A stretch of DNA of 64,000 nt, taken from the NCBI GenBank assembly GCA_019636735.1, contig JAHBWY010000005.1:28117-92116 (forward strand). The letters are read 5' to 3'. The notes below the pieces were generated by a model that was not told the origin of the DNA, searched no databases, and saw nothing but the letters and a program-made list of their open reading frames with translations. Source of the stretch: Phycisphaeraceae bacterium (GTDB lineage: Bacteria > Planctomycetota > Phycisphaerae > Phycisphaerales > SM1A02). The translations under genes and the position numbers were made by a program. This document shows, one piece after another, positions 62,256 through 64,000 of this stretch. Position 1 is the stretch's first letter; each line of letters begins with the position of its first letter.

Positions 62256-64000
62256 CTACCGATTCCTGCGCTTGAAGATGTCGTCGAAGATGCCGCGAAT
62301 CGGATCGCTGGGCTTGTCCGCGGGCGGTGTGCCACCCCCTTGCCCGCCACTGCCCTGTGGCGCATCGTTGCGACCCGGGATCCGCAGGATGCCGCGATCG
62401 CCGAAGAGACCATCGAGGACCTGATCGACGGGATTCGACCCGGGTGGCATGACGATGACCGGCTCGAACGCCATCTCGAGGTGACGGCCCTCCTCAATCG
62501 GACCACTGAAAGTCGCTCGAACCCGGATGGCGTTCACATCGACGAGCGGAAGGTTGCCGAGCACCTGATTCACTCGGCCGAAGAAGGCGTCGAAGCGCGT
62601 CGCCCCCGAGGCCAGACGGCCAACACCCACAATCGGATAGTCGACATTGATGGCGTTGGCGAACATCGGCGTCGACCCGATGTCAACATCGCCCGAGAGG
62701 AAGATCTGCTGGTTCCAGGTCTGGCCGATCTTGCCCATCGAGAGGATGAAGTTCTCGTAGCTCAGATTGCCCTTGTTCACGGTGACATCGAGTGGCGAGA
62801 TGTTGCCGGGAATGATGCCGTCATCATCCTCTCGGACGAGTTGCAGCAAGTTGAGGATGGAGCCGCCCCGCTGAAGTTCAACATCGCCGACCACGAGGGA
62901 GAACCGGCTGTCGAACTCCCGCAGGTCGAACGAGGTCGGGAGATCGAGGCGACTGATGGTGAAGACGAGAGGCTTCCCCTCCTGCGGCCGAATGTCGGCC
63001 AGCACCGGGTTGATCGGGCGCAGGATCCGCTCGCGCAGCGTGGGGTTTGGAATCAGCGCGGCGGTAAAGGGGTTGCTCTGTGCGATCTGGAAGGCGTTGT
63101 CCTGGATGGCCACGCGACCAAGGTCAGCAACGAGGAACTCGCTCTTGAGGTTGCCCGTCAAGACAGAGCCCGGGTTCCCCGACGGGCTGACCGCGCGCAC
63201 ATCGACATCGAGCTGCGGGCCGATCGCTTCGACGAGGCTGCCGTCGCCATCCATGAAGACATCGAGAAGGGCCACGGGGAATCCCTGCATCTGCACATTG
63301 CCCTGCAAGGCGAGGCGCACCCAGTCGAAGGCGCCCTTGGTGTCGGTGAAGTCCGTCATCGTCGCGGCGACTGAGAGCGGATGGGCCCCGGTCTGCGGCG
63401 TGGTGAGCGTTGACTTGATCGCGGTGACCAATGACCGGCCATTACCGGCGAGCGTGACCTTGCCATCGACGGCGCCGAGTCGGGTGGTGCCGAGGCCGGC
63501 GATATCGAGGTCGAGATTGCCTGTAGTCAGGGTCACCGTCGACTTGGCCTTGGCCCATGGGCGGGTTCCATCACTGAGCGGCGCGGGAACGACAGTGTCA
63601 CGAAGCGAAAGCGTGATGGGCACGGCGCTCGCGCGCGTGATCATGGTCCGACCGCGCGGATCCTTCTCCTGACTGAAGAACTCGGTGCTCTTGGCGGCAT
63701 CCATCGTGATCGAGAGATCAGCGGTAGGGAGCGCGATGGACCCGTCGGCGGCGAGTGATGCCTTGCCCGCGCCGCGCATCGCGCCGACCGCCGTGTCGAA
63801 CTGAAGGCCAAGCGCGCCCGCCGGCTCGGTCCCGGTCGCCAAGGCGAGCGTGCCTCGATCTCCCGGCGCCACGCCCGGCACGGTGGCCGGGTCAACTCCC
63901 GCCACACGAAGCAGGCGCGAAGCCTCAAGATCCTTCGAGTTCACCGTGGCATTCCACTTCCGGCCCGGCGTGGCCAGTGCACTCCCATCGAAACCAAAGT
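62256..64000 (-). CDS. Large beta-rich envelope protein (AsmA/TamB-like, tentative), 5' end outside window
   Basis: The frame stays open from 63944 to the window edge (...FGFDGSALATPGRKWNATVNSKDL...). Ser/Thr/Gly/Val-rich beta-like sequence with a Gly/Pro-rich basic tail. Family assignment is weak. Confidence 0.5.
   Translation of the reverse strand, partial: FGFDGSALATPGRKWNATVNSKDLEASRLLRVAGVDPATVPGVAPGDRGTLALATGTEPAGALGLQFDTAVGAMRGAGKASLAADGSIALPTADLSITMDAAKSTEFFSQEKDPRGRTMITRASAVPITLSLRDTVVPAPLSDGTRPWAKAKSTVTLTTGNLDLDIAGLGTTRLGAVDGKVTLAGNGRSLVTAIKSTLTTPQTGAHPLSVAATMTDFTDTKGAFDWVRLALQGNVQMQGFPVALLDVFMDGDGSLVEAIGPQLDVDVRAVSPSGNPGSVLTGNLKSEFLVADLGRVAIQDNAFQIAQSNPFTAALIPNPTLRERILRPINPVLADIRPQEGKPLVFTISRLDLPTSFDLREFDSRFSLVVGDVELQRGGSILNLLQLVREDDDGIIPGNISPLDVTVNKGNLSYENFILSMGKIGQTWNQQIFLSGDVDIGSTPMFANAINVDYPIVGVGRLASGATRFDAFFGRVNQVLGNLPLVDVNAIRVRATFSGPIEEGRHLEMAFEPVIVMPPGSNPVDQVLDGLFGDRGILRIPGRNDAPQGSGGQGGGTPPADKPSDPIRGIFDDIFKRRNR

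Overview
High-GC bacterial chromosomal segment (GC judged by eye, not computed). The gene content suggests Planctomycetota, possibly Phycisphaerae-like (inference): a DUF1559/prepilin-like protein, PEP-CTERM-like anchors, HAF and FG-GAP repeat exoproteins, many paired dockerin-like 'DxNGDGxVNGxDLAxLLGxWG' motifs, and a Tat-signal Gfo/Idh/MocA oxidoreductase. Most of the window is ordinary housekeeping and transport. This includes RNase R (5' partial), macro-domain protein, Dus, FtsK, multicopper oxidase, ThrE-like exporter, M20 peptidase + AbgT + SLC13 transporters, glutaminase, MFS, an OprB-like porin, a PA0069-type radical SAM protein, an F-type ATPase module atpZ-I-B-E-F-H-A with no G/D/C, a lone nuoI, and two delta-9 desaturase paralogs. 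The accessory region lies at about 30.3-43.4 kb. It is a tandem modular repeat of an operon encoding a HAF-repeat/dockerin-like exoprotein, a PEP-CTERM-like protein and a yeast-type (Fcy1-like) cytosine deaminase. The exoprotein gene has a (TCCGTCG)n heptanucleotide tract between its start codon and signal peptide: 9 units and in frame in copy A, 4 units and out of frame in copy B. The two PEP-CTERM genes share only their first codons and their anchor; the passenger domains are unrelated. Of three deaminase copies, one is intact, one is split by an IS66-family element, and one is frameshifted. The IS66 element itself carries nested IS4-family and IS256-family insertions, and all three target-site duplications are readable. 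Smaller items are a 38-bp tandem repeat, an orphan intrinsic terminator in a 680-bp non-coding gap, a dehydratase-ACP-dehydratase mini-operon and an orphan 918-aa charged secreted protein. No rRNA, tRNA or CRISPR was found.
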